Source: Eledone cirrhosa (Eukaryota). From it: a stretch of DNA of 64,000 nt. The translations under genes and the position numbers were made by a program. A model generated the notes under the pieces. It worked only from the letters and a program-made list of their open reading frames with translations. It was not told the origin of the DNA and searched no databases. Each line of letters opens with the position of its first letter. Positions within the stretch are counted from its first letter, which is position 1. Below, piece after piece: positions 42,417 through 58,780 of this stretch. The DNA is taken from contig OZ024743.1 of NCBI GenBank assembly GCA_964016885.1, forward strand, positions 315,456,001 through 315,520,000. The letters run 5' to 3'.

Positions 42417-43980
42417 TATACGTGTTCCACCCATTGTTCAAGCTTTCCCCTATCTACTAGCTTGTTTGAAAGTGTAGCATGTCACAATATAACATCAGGG
42501 CCATATCCCTTGCCTTCTTTTATTTCTTGTTTTACTTCTTGATAGTCTTTTAATGTGAGTGGTGCATCCGTTATCCTCATGACTTGTAGTACGGTTCTCT
42601 TTCCAAACGATCTTTGAAGTGGATATACCAGTTACTGATTCTGTCTTTTTTGCTCTTAGGCTTGACCAGACGCTGCTTAGCTGTTTTCCGTCCTGTTATT
42701 TCATTAACTAAATATCAGCTTTCTTTGTTCTTTGAATTTATATCAGCTCCCTTCATATTTTGTCAACTCTTCCAATTGTTCTTCCATGACGGTGTGGTAG
42801 ATATCTTGAAGTCTTTTCTTGCTTATTGGCTCTTTCGTTCTGTTGATTTCTGAAACTAGTTCCTGGTAGAGCTCTCAACATATTCTTTTATACTTACAAT
42901 TATCGGAGTTACTGTCTTTCTGCATTGGCCCTTATCAACTGTTTCTGCATTGGCCCTTATCAAGTTTGCATAGGTCTCAGAAATCATATTATTGTTCGTG
43001 CATATGCATTCAAATTCGTATTTCAGGTTCACAGTATATAGTGCTTGCATATTCCCATTTTTTCGTGCCAACCACTGGTATTTTGTTCGGATTGATACGG
43101 CTTTTCTAATTCGCTAATTTAATTTCATTATTGCTGATTGACGCCATGCTTTGCAACAAAGAGTTACGGCCCTTTATGATCTGAGTTCAAATCCCGCCGA
43201 GGTTAACTTTGCCTTTCATCCTTACGGGGTCGATAAAATAAAGTACCAGTAATACACTGGAATAATTGCTGGCCTTGTGCCAAAAGTAGAAACAATTATT
43301 GCTGATACGATTCGATTATCTGAACCAGCACTGCTGAATGTATTGTATGCCTGGTAGTCACGTGTAAGTCTCTTCCACATCCTATTAACCATGATGTAAC
43401 CAACTTAAGTTTTACTTCCACTCATATCTGATGTGTGTCCACAGTTTTGCGGCTTTTTTTTTTTTTTTTTCCCCTTTAGAAAATGAGTACTCGCTACAAA
43501 TAAGGTTGTTTCTTGAATAAAGTTGTTAGCCACTCTACCATTGGAGTTGCAATTAGCGAGGTATGAAACGTTGACAATACATTTGTATGTTAAAATCTCC
43601 CATAACAATCAGCATATTGTGTTTGGCCATTTTCCTTATCATTCCAGCTAATTGGTGATAGTGCCCAGCGGCTTCCACGTTTCTCTCTATTGGGGAATAG
43701 TGCGCCATAATAATCAGTGATGTGTTAACCTCAAAGTTGGCAACTATTATCCTTTTATTTCACTTATTCACTTTTGAAAGTGCAGCAGCTGATGCTGCTA
43801 ATTTGTACACCATTTTACCAACCAGCTTCACCATTTGTGATCTTCAGTATCCAGTACTGAAATGAAGAGCGTTTCTTGTTCTTTCCTTCTGATTTCTGTC
43901 CTCGATGTTATTGCTACATCCGTATTCTCCCTACAGTGCAGCAGTCTGACTTTAATAATTCCAATATAGAAACTATCAGT
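42417..43980 (-). mobile_element. Decayed RTE/RTE-X-like LINE (APE endonuclease region), interrupted by a SINE
   Basis: Hand translation KLWTH..SGSKT*VGYIMVNRMWK..YQAYNTFSSAGSDNRIVSA resembles the APE C-terminal DYI..SDH motifs. Confidence 0.65.
43139..43294 (+). mobile_element. 5'-truncated SINE with TSD
   Basis: ATTATTGCTGAT at 43127-43138 and 43295-43306. Confidence 0.9.
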
Positions 43981-44602
43981 CTGAGAGAGAGGACATCTTG
44001 AAACCTATCATTAAAAAAGTACCAATATCTATCAACTATAAACAAAATCTTTGACTACATGGCGGTTACGAAACTAGTGATCAACAGAACCACCTAGCTG
44101 TTTTGCAGCTTACCTTCTCTCTGAGAGAGACAGAGAGAGAGAAAGATATCTTTCAATATCTCGTTGAAACTGTCTCAGATATTGTGGGTACGATTGGCTT
44201 CAAATAAATTACATATTACCTAGTTTATCTTCACTCAAACTTTTTACTGTTTTAGTCTGGGAGAAAACGGCAGTATGTATGACTAATGGGGCAGAAGAAT
44301 GAAGGTATTCTCAATATGGATATCTGTTCCAAATGCTTGTGGCCTTCACTAAACCTACCTACAATTCAGATGGTCGTGCTAAACAAGACAACATATTAAG
44401 TTTAAGTCTACCAGCAAAACTACCAAGAACATACAATTATGCATTTTTTGCTATTTTTATTCAGCTTGTAAGTAACTCTAAACTAATTTATTTAACTAAT
44501 CTCGATGCTTTCCTATAAGATAGCACGGTTTTGCGTTCTGATTTATATATATATATATATATATATACATTTATTTATAGATATTCTATTTTATATATAT
44601 AC

Positions 44603-44636
<34 letters not shown>

Positions 44637-45184
44637 AATCAAATGAAACAAATTCTATGTAATTACTGAAGATTTGATTTTTTTATATTATATTTTGAAT
44701 TACGTTATTGGCAAATTAAAAACTTCTGCTTTCAGTTGCATTCAATACGGTGAAGCATTTATTTTTCTTATCGTCATAACCTAAAACATTATGTTACATC
44801 AGTAACTATTTTTATTATTTAACCTCCCCCCCCCCCCACTCTCTCTCTCTCTCTCTCATAATCTTCTCAAATCAACTGCTTGAACAGATATAATGTATCA
44901 TGTAAAAATTGTACAACTAAATGCTATGATGTATTGTCCTTAATATTTTTACTATTAACAACATCATCAACATTATTATTATTATTATTATTGTTGTTAT
45001 TGTTGTTGTTGTTGTTGTCGATGATGATGATGATCATCATCATCATCATCATGATTCGTTGTTGTTGTTGTGAAGTAAACACAAGAAAAAAAAACTCAAT
45101 CGACTTTCGTCTGACGAATATTACAATGAAAAAAAAAAAAAAAAAGAAAAACATAAAAAAACAAACAAATTACAAGATTGCGAA

Positions 45185-45252
45185 CACAAAACAACTACAC
45201 CCAAAACCATCACCACCAACACCAACATCACCACCACCACCACCACCACCAA

Positions 45253-45284
<32 letters not shown>

Positions 45285-48200
45285 CCACAACCACTACCAC
45301 CAACAATAGCATAACCACCGCCAACACCATAACAACCAACAACAACAACAGCACCACCAACACCACAAATACCAACGACAACAACAGCACCACCACCATC
45401 AACACCACAACAACCAACAAGAACAACAGCACCACCAACACCACCACAGCCCAACTACCACCATCACCACCACTCTCCCACCAACACCAATACCACAATC
45501 ACCACCACGACCATCACCACCACAACCCGACCACCACCACCACCACCACCACGCCACCACCAGCACAGCCCGACCACCACCAACACCACAACCGCCACCA
45601 CTACCACCACAACCACCACCACCGCCACAACAAACACCACCACAACAACAAACACCACCAACACCACAACCACCACTACCACCACCACCACCACTACGAC
45701 CGCGACCAGAGGCCCACCACCAACAACACCACAACCACCACCACCACCACAGCTCCACAACCAGCACCACCACCACCACAACCACCACCACCACCACCAC
45801 AAATACCGCCACCATCACCACCACCACCGCCACCATCACCACCACAGCCTCACCACCTCCAACACCACAAACACCACCAACACCAACACCACAACCACCA
45901 ACACCATCAACACCACCGCCCACACCACCACAACAACCAATACCACCATCACCACAACCGCCACCACCACCAGGACCATCAACACCACAACCACCAACAC
46001 CAACAACAGCACCATAATCACCACAACCACCACCACCACAGCTACCACCACCAACACCACAACCACCACCTCCACCAACATCACAACCACCACCAACACC
46101 ACCACAACCACCACCACACACCACCACAACCACCAGTACCATCACCACCACAACCCCATCACCTCCAACACCACAACCACCACAAACACCACCACCACAG
46201 CCACAACCACCAACAGAACCACTAACACTACACCGCCACCACCATCACCACCACCACCAACACCACAATCACCACAACCACAACCACCACCACCAACACC
46301 AACACCACAAACACCAACATCATCACCACCACCATCGACACCACCACAACAACCACCAACACCACCACCATCACCACAACCGCCACACCACCATCAACAC
46401 CACAACCACCACCACCACAATCACACCACCCTCAAACCACAACCACCACTACTACCAACAACACCACCTTCACCACAACCACCACCGCCACAAACACCAC
46501 CAGCAACACCACAACCATCAACAAAACCACTAACACCACAAGCGCCAACACCATCACTACCACAACCACCACCACCAGCACCACAACCGCCACCACCAAC
46601 ACCTCAGCCACCACCACCAACACCACAATCACCACCACAACCACCAACACCACAACCGCCACCACCATCACCACCACCACCACCACCACAATCACCACAA
46701 CCACCACCAACACAACCACCACCACCAACAACACCACAACCACCACCACCACAATCACCATCACCAACACAAACACCAGCACCACAACCGCCACCACCAT
46801 TACCACCACAACCCCACCACCACCAACACAACAACCGTCAGCGCCACCACCACCATCACCACCACAACTACCACCACTAACATCACAACCACCACCACCA
46901 TCACCAACACAACCACCAACACCACAACCGCCACCATCATCACCACCACAACCACCCCCACCAATACCACAACCGCCACCACCACCACCACGACCACCAC
47001 CAACCATCACCACCACAGCCCCACTATCCCCATAACCACCACCAACACCACCACCACAACCACCAATACCATCACCACCACCATCCACACCACCACAACA
47101 ACCAGCAACACCACCACCATCACCACAACCGCCACCACCACCTCCACCATCATCAACACCACAACCACCACCACCACAACCACACCACCATCAACACCAC
47201 AACCACCACCAACAATACCACAATCACCACAACCACCACCACCACAATCACCACCACCACCAACACCACAACCACCACCACCATCAGCACCACAACCACC
47301 ACCACCAACGCCACAACCAACATCACCACCACCACAACCACCACCACCATCACCACCACCACCACCACCACCATCACCACCACAGCCCCACCACCTCCCA
47401 CATCACAACCAGCACCAACACCACCACCACAACCACCAACACCATCATCATCCCCATCCACACCACCACAACAACCACCAACACCACCACCATCACCAAA
47501 ACCACACCACCAACAACACCACAAACACTACCACCAACAACAACACCACAATCACCACAACCATCAACACCAACCCCACAACCACCACCACCACGAACAC
47601 TACAACCACCAACACAACCACTAACACCACAACCGCCACCACCATCACCACCACCACCACCAACACCACAACCGCTACCACCAACGCCACAACCACCACC
47701 ACCACCAACACCACAACCACCAACACAACCACCAACATCACAACCGCCACTACCATCACTACCACCACCACCACAAACGCCACCACCATCACCACCACAA
47801 CAACCACCACCACCCCCAACACCACAACCACCACCACCATCACCACCACAACCACCACCACCAACACCACAACCACCACCACCATCACCACCACAACCAC
47901 CAGCACCACAACCGCCACCACAACCTCCACTACAACCACCACCACCAACACCACAACCACCACCACCATCACCAACACAACCACCAACACCACAACCGCC
48001 ACCACCATCACCACCACAACCACCGCCACCACCACCACCACCACCACAACCACCACCACCATTACCACAACCACCACCACCACCATCACCATCACCACCA
48101 CCATCACCACCTCCACCACCACCGCCACAATCACCATAACCACCACCACCACTACCACCATCACCAACACAACCACCAGCACCACAACCGCCACCACCAT

Positions 48201-51200
48201 TACCACCACAACCCCACCACCATAAACACAACAACCGCCACCGCCACCACCACCACCATCATCACCACCACAACTACCACCACCAACATCACAACAACCA
48301 CCACAATCACCAACACAACCACCAACACCACATCCGCCACCATCATCACCACCACAACCACCCCCACCAATACCATAACCGCCACCACCACCAACACCAC
48401 CACCACCACCACCACCAACCATCACCACCACAACCCCACTATCCCCATAACCACAACCACCACCAACACCACCACCACAACCACCAACACCATCACCATC
48501 ACCATCCACACCACCACAACAACCATCCACACCACCACCATTCACCACAACCGCCACCACATCCGCCACCATCATCAACACCACAACCAACACCACAACC
48601 ACACCACCACCAACACCTCAACCACCACCAACATCAACAACACCACAATCACCACAACCACCACCACCACAACCACCACCAACACCACAACCACCTCCAC
48701 TATCAGCACCACAACCACCACCACCAACGCCACAACCACCAACTTACCACTAACACCACAACCGCCACCACCACCACCACAACCACCATCACCACCACCA
48801 CAACCACCACCACCATCACCACCACCTCCACCATCATCACCACCACAACCACCATCACTACAACCACACCACCATCAACACCACAACCACCACCAACAAC
48901 ACCACAATCACCACAAGCACCACCACCACAATCACCACCACCACCAACACCACAACCACCACCACCATCAGCACCACAACCACCACCACCAACGCCACAA
49001 CCACCAACACAACCACTAACACCACAACCGCCACCACCACCACCACCACAACCACCATCACCACCACCACAACCACCACCACCATCACCACCACCACCAC
49101 CACCACCATCACCACCATAGCCCCACCACCTCTCACATCACAACCAACACCAACACCACCACCACAACCACGAACACCATCATCACCCCCATCCACACCA
49201 CCACAACAACCACCAACACCACCACCATCACCACAACCACACCACCAACAACACCACCACAACCACCACCAACAACAACACCACAATCACCACAACCACC
49301 ACCACCAACCCCACAACCACCACCACCAACACTACAACCACCAACACAACCACCAACACCACAACCGCCACCATCATCACCACCACAACCACCCCCACCA
49401 ATACCACAACCGCCACCACCACCACCACGACCACCACCAACCATCACCACCACAGCCCCACTATCCCCATAACCACCACCAACACCACCACCACAACCAC
49501 CAATACCATCACCACCACCATCCACACCACCACAACAACCAGCAACACCACCACCATCACCACAACCGCCACCACCACCTCCACCATCATCAACACCACA
49601 ACCACCACCACCACAACCACACCACCATCAACACCACAACCACCACCAACAATACCACAATCACCACAACCACCACCACCACAATCACCACCACCACCAA
49701 CACCACAACCACCACCACCATCAGCACCACAACCACCACCACCAACGCCACAACCAACATCACCACCACCACAACCACCACCACCATCACCACCACCACC
49801 ACCACCACCATCACCACCACAGCCCCACCACCTCCCACATCACAACCAGCACCAACACCACCACCACAACCACCAACACCATCATCATCCCCATCCACAC
49901 CACCACAACAACCACCAACACCACCACCATCACCAAAACCACACCACCAACAACACCACAAACACTACCACCAACAACAACACCACAATCACCACAACCA
50001 TCAACACCAACCCCACAACCACCACCACCACGAACACTACAACCACCAACACAACCACTAACACCACAACCGCCACCACCATCACCACCACCACCACCAA
50101 CACCACAACCGCTACCACCAACGCCACAACCACCACCACCACCAACACCACAACCACCAACACAACCACCAACATCACAACCGCCACTACCATCACTACC
50201 ACCACCACCACAAACGCCACCACCATCACCACCACAACAACCACCACCACCCCCAACACCACAACCACCACCACCATCACCACCACAACCACCACCACCA
50301 ACACCACAACCACCACCACCATCACCACCACAACCACCAGCACCACAACCGCCACCACAACCTCCACTACAACCACCACCACCAACACCACAACCACCAC
50401 CACCATCACCAACACAACCACCAACACCACAACCGCCACCACCATCACCACCACAACCACCGCCACCACCACCACCACCACCACAACCACCACCACCATT
50501 ACCACAACCACCACCACCACCATCACCATCACCACCACCATCACCACCTCCACCACCACCGCCACAATCACCATAACCACCACCACCACTACCACCATCA
50601 CCAACACAACCACCAGCACCACAACCGCCACCACCATTACCACCACAACCCCACCACCATAAACACAACAACCGCCACCGCCACCACCACCACCATCATC
50701 ACCACCACAACTACCACCACCAACATCACAACAACCACCACAATCACCAACACAACCACCAACACCACATCCGCCACCATCATCACCACCACAACCACCC
50801 CCACCAATACCATAACCGCCACCACCACCAACACCACCACCACCACCACCACCAACCATCACCACCACAACCCCACTATCCCCATAACCACAACCACCAC
50901 CAACACCACCACCACAACCACCAACACCATCACCATCACCATCCACACCACCACAACAACCATCCACACCACCACCATTCACCACAACCGCCACCACATC
51001 CGCCACCATCATCAACACCACAACCAACACCACAACCACACCACCACCAACACCTCAACCACCACCAACATCAACAACACCACAATCACCACAACCACCA
51101 CCACCACAACCACCACCAACACCACAACCACCTCCACTATCAGCACCACAACCACCACCACCAACGCCACAACCACCAACTTACCACTAACACCACAACC

Positions 51201-52880
51201 GCCACCACCACCACCACAACCACCATCACCACCACCACAACCACCACCACCATCACCACCACCTCCACCATCATCACCACCACAACCACCATCACTACAA
51301 CCACACCACCATCAACACCACAACCACCACCAACAACACCACAATCACCACAAGCACCACCACCACAATCACCACCACCACCAACACCACAACCACCACC
51401 ACCATCAGCACCACAACCACCACCACCAACGCCACAACCACCAACACAACCACTAACACCACAACCGCCACCACCACCACCACCACAACCACCATCACCA
51501 CCACCACAACCACCACCACCATCACCACCACCACCACCACCACCATCACCACCATAGCCCCACCACCTCTCACATCACAACCAACACCAACACCACCACC
51601 ACAACCACGAACACCATCATCACCCCCATCCACACCACTACAACAACCACCAACACCACCACCATCACCACAACCACACCACCAACAACACCACCACAAC
51701 CACCACCAACAACAACACCACAATCACCACAACCACCACCACCAACCCCACAACCACCACCACCAACACTACAACCACCAACACAACCACTAACACCACA
51801 ACCGCCACCACCATCACCACCACCACCACCAACACCACAACCGCCACCACCAACACCACAACCACCACCACCACCAACACCACAACCACCAACACATCCA
51901 CCAACATCACAACCGCCACCACCATCACCACCACCACCACCACAATCACCACAACCACCACCAACACAACGACCATCACCAACACAACCACCAGCACCAC
52001 AAACGCCACCATCATCACCACCACAACCACCAGCAACACCACAACCGCAGCCACCACCACAACCACCACCAACACAACGACCATCACCAACACAACCACC
52101 AGCACCACAAACGCCACCATCATCACCACAACAACCACCACCAACATCACAACCACCACCATCACCACCAACACCACAACTACCACCACCATCACCAACA
52201 CAACCACCAACACCACAACCGCCCCCACCATCACCACCACAACAACCGCCACCAACACCACAACCGCCACCACCAACACCACAACCATCACCACCACCAC
52301 AACCACCAGCACCAACACCACAACCACCACCACCCCCAACACCACAACCACCACCACCATCACCACCACAACCACTACCACCAACACCACAACCGCAACC
52401 ACCACCACCATCACCACCACAACCACCATCACCAACACCACAACCACCACCACCATCACCAACACAACCACCGGCACCACAACCGCCACCACAACCTCCA
52501 CTACAACCACCATCACTAACACCACAACCACCACCACCATCACCAACACAACCACCAACACCACAACCGCCACCACCATCACCACCACAACCACCACCAT
52601 CACCAACACAACCGCCACCATCATCACCACCACAACCACCACCACCACAACCACCACCACCATTACCACTACAACCACCACCATCACCACCACAACCGCC
52701 ACCACCATCACCACCACAACCATCACCACTACCACCACAACCACCACCACCAATACCACAACCGCCACCACCATCACCACTACAACCACCACCATTACCA
52801 CCACAACCGCCACCACCATCACCACCACAACCACCACCACCACCACCACCACAACCACCACCACCATCACCCCCACCACA
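45185..52880. repeat. 7.7-kb CAC/CAA/CAT cryptic trinucleotide satellite with internal 2437-bp tandem duplication
   Basis: Identical ORF translations offset by 2437 (47153/49590, 47374/49811, 47493/49930, 48200/50637). Confidence 0.95.
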
Positions 52881-53059
52881 ACTAAAAAAATACAAACAAG
52901 GAACAAAAAGTAAGGTTATCAGCAGATTAAAAATAGATGAATAAAGTACATGAAAAATAATAGCTGATAGTTTCGACATATTGGAACAATTTGAGCCGTG
53001 TCTAATTGCGAATATGTTCCTGGTAAGGAGAACAGAGAAGACGTCAGATTAAACTGTAG

Positions 53060-53401
53060 AGCAGAGGAAAGGAGGGTGAGATGAAAGGGGGTAAGAGGAG
53101 AGGAGGGGAGGGGAAGGAGAGCTGAGGAGAGAAGAAGAGAGAAGAGGAGAGGAGGGGAGAAGAGAGGAGAGAAGAGGAGAGAAGAGGAGAGAAGAGGTAA
53201 GAACAATGAAAAAGAAAGAATAAAATAAACAAAGAGAGAAGGAAAAGAAAGAAAAAGAAGGAAAGGTAGTTAGAAGGGAAGGAAGAAAGAATAGGGCGAA
53301 TGAACACTTGATGGAAAGAATTAAAGAAAGAGAGGAAAGGGGAAAGGAAAGAAATGAAGATAGAAAGAGAGGCCGTAAGAATGAAAGAAAAAGTAAGTGA
53401 A

Positions 53402-53500
<99 letters not shown>

Positions 53501-53580
53501 TAGAAAGAAAGAAAGAAAAGTAGATAGAAAGAAAGATAAAAAGAGAGGACTTAAGGAAGGGAAAAAAAGAAATAGAGACA
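53060..53580. repeat. Polypurine tract with (GAAA)n and (GAGGA)n repeats
   Basis: Direct inspection. Confidence 0.95.
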
Positions 53581-53879
53581 AATAGACAGGGGAGACTAAC
53601 TAATGATTCCAACACAATGGTTTGTTGATTTAATAGATAACAAATATAGCAACATTGATTTGTTTTTTCTCTCTGGTAAAGAGTTAAAGAAGTCTGACCA
53701 GAGAGACACCAGATAGAATTTATAGATTGTCGAGTTTGGATGGGCATGATGATTTTATTGGTGTTGTTGCTGTTGTTGTTTAGCCCTAGGTCAGCTTTTA
53801 GCGAGCATACTTAATACCATAGTTAGTTAACCCATGATCCTCCGTTTTTGCTCTTGCTGTTTTTTTTTGTATTTGTATA

Positions 53880-54230
53880 AGCGGCAGATTGGTAGAGTCA
53901 TTAGAATGTCGGGTAGAATACTTTGTTGTAATCGTTCCGCCTTTCTGCTCTGTGTTCAAATGCCACCGAGATCAACTTTGCCTCTAATCCTTTTGCCGTC
54001 GATAAAAAAGTAACAGACTAATATTGAAGTCTATATCTCTTCCTCACATCTTCTCTCTCACTTTCTATCCTTATCTGGAAAAAATCTTCTGTGTTCAAAC
54101 CTGGAGAGAATATGGGCTCCGCCAGGCTAAATAACCCCAAGAATAGCTGTATGTCACTAGAGTGCTCTACGACTTCATCGGTAGTTACGGATCTATATAT
54201 TCATGCATAAGTAATGTACCTAGGAAAACA
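53880..54230 (+). mobile_element. Diverged SINE with the same alternative tail as 8400-8750
   Basis: A-box-like CGGCAGATTGG, B-box GTGTTCAAATGCC, central domain, tail CTCTCTCACTTTCTAT..ATGGGCTCCGCCAGGCT. Confidence 0.6.
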
Positions 54231-54262
54231 ATAGCCATATGTTCTTTCCTTTTATCGCGACC

Positions 54263-55548
54263 AGATGTAGATATATAAGATAATAAATGATGTCAATACA
54301 AATAATAAAAAAATAATGATGTAAATACAAATGTTCTGGGGTTATTCTTTCGTAATTATAAAGTTTGTGATAATTTGATATCGTAATAGGTGCTAATGGT
54401 ATAAAAAGGAATAAGGAATAGAAAATGGAGTTAAATTGGTCTAAAGTTCAGGGATTTCGTTGCTGATTTATGCTGGCAAAAGATAGTTCCTTCAATTCTG
54501 CTGTTAAGAAGGGTTTTACTAAAATTAAGAATTTGGAAGAGCTCCATATTACAGAACCTACAATGGGACATACTAGTCTGATAGGCCTTAGCAGGGGATA
54601 GTATTTTACAACTGATCTTATATTCAATGCAAGCATTCCTGAGTTGCCATATTTTGTTTGCAAGAGTTGTTGTATTTGATTGATTCTTATTAATCATAGA
54701 ATGTATGTGCACGTACCAGCATTTTTTAAAGACACCAGCTGTGGAACCAATGTAATACCATGCCAAGCTACCTGACTTGATAGTACACAAGTATACTACT
54801 TTATAATTACGAAAGAATAACCTCAGAACATTTGTATTTATATCATTATTTTTATTTTATTTGTTATTTACATCATTTGTTATCTTATATATCTACATCT
54901 TTCACCATTTGTCTTTGCATTTCTCCACTTAAACATATTTTATCTCGATCATTTTATCCTACCATATAATACATCTCAAACTAGCTATTTTACCTAGTAA
55001 TGTATATTCGTCCATCTGTTTATTTTATTTTCTCTTTCCTTCATATCCCGTTTTGATGATTAATTTTTACCCCTCTCTGCTCCCTCCTCCCTCTTAATCT
55101 TCATCTATTTCTTTCTCATCATACTTCCGCTTTGCCTGTGCTATATCCCCCCTTCTTTCTTTGTATCTATATCTTTATTAATATTATATTTATTTTGATG
55201 AGATAGTTTGATTTCGTAACTTTGCCCGTTATACATTTAACTATTTCTTTGTTCCTTCTTTCGTCATTTTCTTTCTTCCCCTCTCATTTCCATATGTCCC
55301 CCTTCCTTTATTTATTTATCATTAATACTATTATTGATGTAGTAATTTGAATTTGTAAGTTTACCGTTATGCATGTATTTAGTATTTCTTGACAGTTTCT
55401 GATGAAATGATTGAACTTATATGTATTTTAAATTGAGTTATGCTGTCTCCAGTGTTTACCAATTTATAGACAACTCTATCATGGAAACAATTGTTAGTCT
55501 GTAAATAAATCACCTTGTCTGTACTGTTGACCATATTATTCTTCACTT
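54263..55548. mobile_element. Truncated PLE: GIY-YIG C-terminus (minus, 54431-54790) plus inverted long 3' UTR (plus)
   Basis: YIGSTAGVFKK..TTLANKIWQL..CRFCNME..LLNSRIE..CQHK, homologous to the intact ORF C-terminus; 54263-54364 is inverted relative to 54798-54900. Confidence 0.88.
55392..55502 (+). ncRNA. Type I hammerhead with long stem II insert
   Basis: ACAGTTT-CTGATGA-AATGA...TCATG-GAAA-CAATT-GTT-AGTCTGT (one stem I mismatch). Confidence 0.62.
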
Positions 55549-55556
55549 TTATATAT

Positions 55557-55593
<37 letters not shown>

Positions 55594-55610
55594 CATACAT
55601 ATATATATAT

Positions 55611-55873
55611 ATACAAGTTAATATAAATTAATATATGATAAACACATAAATGTTTGTATTGTAAAAGACGAAGTTAGCTAGAATGAAATAAACTAATTCA
55701 AATAAATATATATAGTTTGCCTTGGGTTTGTTTTTATTGATTTATTATTTTAAATTGAGACAGGCAAACTATATATATTTATTTGAATTAGTTTATTTCA
55801 TTCTAGCTAACTTCGTCTTTTACAATACAAACACTTATGTGTTTATCATATATTAATTTATATTAACTTGTAT
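55611..55873. repeat. Near-perfect ~110-bp inverted repeat plus tail, between (TA)n tracts
   Basis: 55611-55721 vs 55761-55873. Confidence 0.9.
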
Positions 55874-55954
55874 TTCACGGCTCAGAAATGCTTCTTTCTT
55901 TGAGCTAATTAATTGTAAAGGGCTGTTTGAGTTTATAACTCTAAATATAATATA

Positions 55955-56133
<179 letters not shown>

Positions 56134-56157
56134 TATCGCTCTACATGGCTGAATACA

Positions 56158-56498
56158 ATAAATGTAATCTTAGTTTTTCGAATATTAATAATAATTTTCG
56201 ATTCGTTTGCAATTTTGCAAGCGGCCTCTTTTTTAAAATCATGTCAATAGAATGAGCCCCTCATTCTTGCTCTTCTGTTGGTATGTAAACAGAACTGCAG
56301 ACAATGTTTCTGGGTATAACCCTTCATCAGTGCAGAAGGCTGATACCCGGAAACATTAGTGTCTGCAGTTCTGTTTACATGCCAACACAAGAGCAAGAAA
56401 AGGGGGCTCATTCTACTGACATGGATTTAAAAAAGAGGCCGCTTGCATAATTGCAAACGAATCGAATATTATTATTAATATTCGAAAAACTTAGATTA

Positions 56499-56505
<7 letters not shown>
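56158..56505. mobile_element. Foldback element with ~170-bp arms and an HHR at the apex
   Basis: Arms ~56158-56325 and ~56335-56505; bounded by (TA)n. Confidence 0.88.
56295..56335 (-). ncRNA. Minimal type I hammerhead ribozyme
   Basis: CTGCA-CTGATGA-AGGG-TTATA-CCCA-GAAA-CATT-GTC-TGCAG. Confidence 0.82.
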
Positions 56506-56539
<34 letters not shown>

Positions 56540-56684
56540 GAAAATGTTTAACCCCGACGGCAGAGCTCAAGCCGTTTCGACGGCTATTTGAAAAACGGAA
56601 AAGAATGACTTCACTTGTAGTTTTAAACAATTTGATTTAATTTATGATTTTGTAAATCTAGTAAGTCCTTTGGTAACTTCGGTG

Positions 56685-56834
56685 GGAAGACTTTTAAAGA
56701 TTTCTGGTTAACTTTCCAGGAGAACTTTCTCACATTCGTCGGTGGCGTTTGTTTGATCTCAGTTTGACAATCGCCACCGACGAATGCGAGAAAGTTCTCC
56801 AGGGAAGTTAACGAGGAATCTTTAAAAATCTTCC
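56685..56834. repeat. ~60-bp imperfect inverted repeat
   Basis: GGAAGACTTTTAAAGATT..TTCGTCGGTGGCG mirrored by CGCCACCGACGAA..AATCTTTAAAAATCTTCC. Confidence 0.8.
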
Positions 56835-57765
56835 ATTATTAAGATAAATTTAAACTCACACCTAATTTTTGTATTTGGAACCCAACATGATTTTTAGCCA
56901 GATCCAGTAATTAACATAGTAAAACATTCAAACGAAAACACGTTCATTTTTACCTGCTTCTTCTACTCTTTTATCTACAACAGTTGAGGTGCTGGTGGGA
57001 CATACGATTTTGAGAAGAATTAATACTCCCAAATTTAAGTGTATTTACTGTTCTGTTATTAGTAAGTATATATACATGCACTATATGTTCATATACATAA
57101 ATGACTGCTAAAATACGTAGTAAGCAATTTGAAATCAGGCCTGCATTTTGCATCTAGTCCTGATATATTGCAAGCTTTGTGCAAGCCTACACTGTTCAAA
57201 ATTAATTGTCGCGGAAACGTCATCTTCATGAACAAAAAAGCGCAAATTCTACTCACAAGACCAAAGATTATATAGAAGACACTCGCTGCTCAGAGGGTGT
57301 TTTGATGATAGAGACCTAAGTTCACTCACGAAAAGAATAGTAAACTCTTGTATAGGTTCAGCTAACTCCTTAAGATTATATGTCTCATAAAAGGTTTCTC
57401 GAGTGTTTTTATGATGGAGGCCCAAGTTCACTTATGAAAAGAATAGTACACACCAGTACACACTTGTGTAGGGATAGTTGAGCCCCTAAGATGTTACATC
57501 TCATAAGAGGTTTCTCGGGTGTTTTAATGATAGAGACACCAATTCTCTAAATGAAAAGATCAGTGCATACCTGGCCTTCTCAAAAGGTACGTAAAATAAT
57601 TCAGATTGAATTTCAACTTGGATACTTTTGAGCTTATGGTATGAATGTTTGGTAAAAGATAGGTTTCTAAACTATATTTAACTTTTGTTATGAAAGTTAA
57701 GAAAAAAATATTCATCATTTCAGTGGTTTTAACATTTTAATAAAACTCTTTTGTATTTATTCATA

Positions 57766-57901
<136 letters not shown>

Positions 57902-58442
57902 TGTCTGTGTGAGTGTGTTTATGTATCTATGTATATGATTTATGTGTATATATATAAAAATATGGTATCATATGGACAATAGATATGTATAATATGTGAA
58001 TGCATGTATTATATATGCAAGAACATATTTAGAAAAAAATAAATCTGTGTATGTATCTGCATGTGTGCGCGCGTTTGTTTGTGCACGTGTGTATCTGTGT
58101 GAATTTGTGTGTGTAAGTCTGTTCAATGCAAATAGTTGAGGATGTTTGTTGTTTTCTTACTTGTTCAAAACAAATACAGAAATAGAATGAATAATGAAGA
58201 AATAGAATCAATAATGAAGAAAAAAGAATATAAAACAAACAATACATGATAAACACACACTTACAATAATCATTCAACACAATAAAACATATATATATAT
58301 GTGTGTGTGTTTGTGTGTGTGTCTCTGTGTGTGTGTGTCTGTTGGTATAATATAGTATCATTCATATTACACAAGTATATTATTTTCCTATATATCCAAT
58401 GTCATAATATCAATTGGTAATATAGGTGCAACATACTCAGAT

Positions 58443-58490
<48 letters not shown>

Positions 58491-58518
58491 TATATACATT
58501 TATGTATATATTCACATT

Positions 58519-58612
<94 letters not shown>

Positions 58613-58702
58613 TATATACATATATATATATACATTTATACATATATATATATGTGTGTGGGTGCGCGTGTGAGTATATACATATAAATATACATATATA
58701 TG

Positions 58703-58777
<75 letters not shown>

Positions 58778-58780
<3 letters not shown>

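Noticed and set aside
45121-52979. Long Gly/Cys/Val-rich ORFs (up to 469 aa) and mucin-like Thr/Pro frames
   Set aside because: By-products of a stop-poor trinucleotide satellite; composition switches between frames and there is no domain or splice evidence
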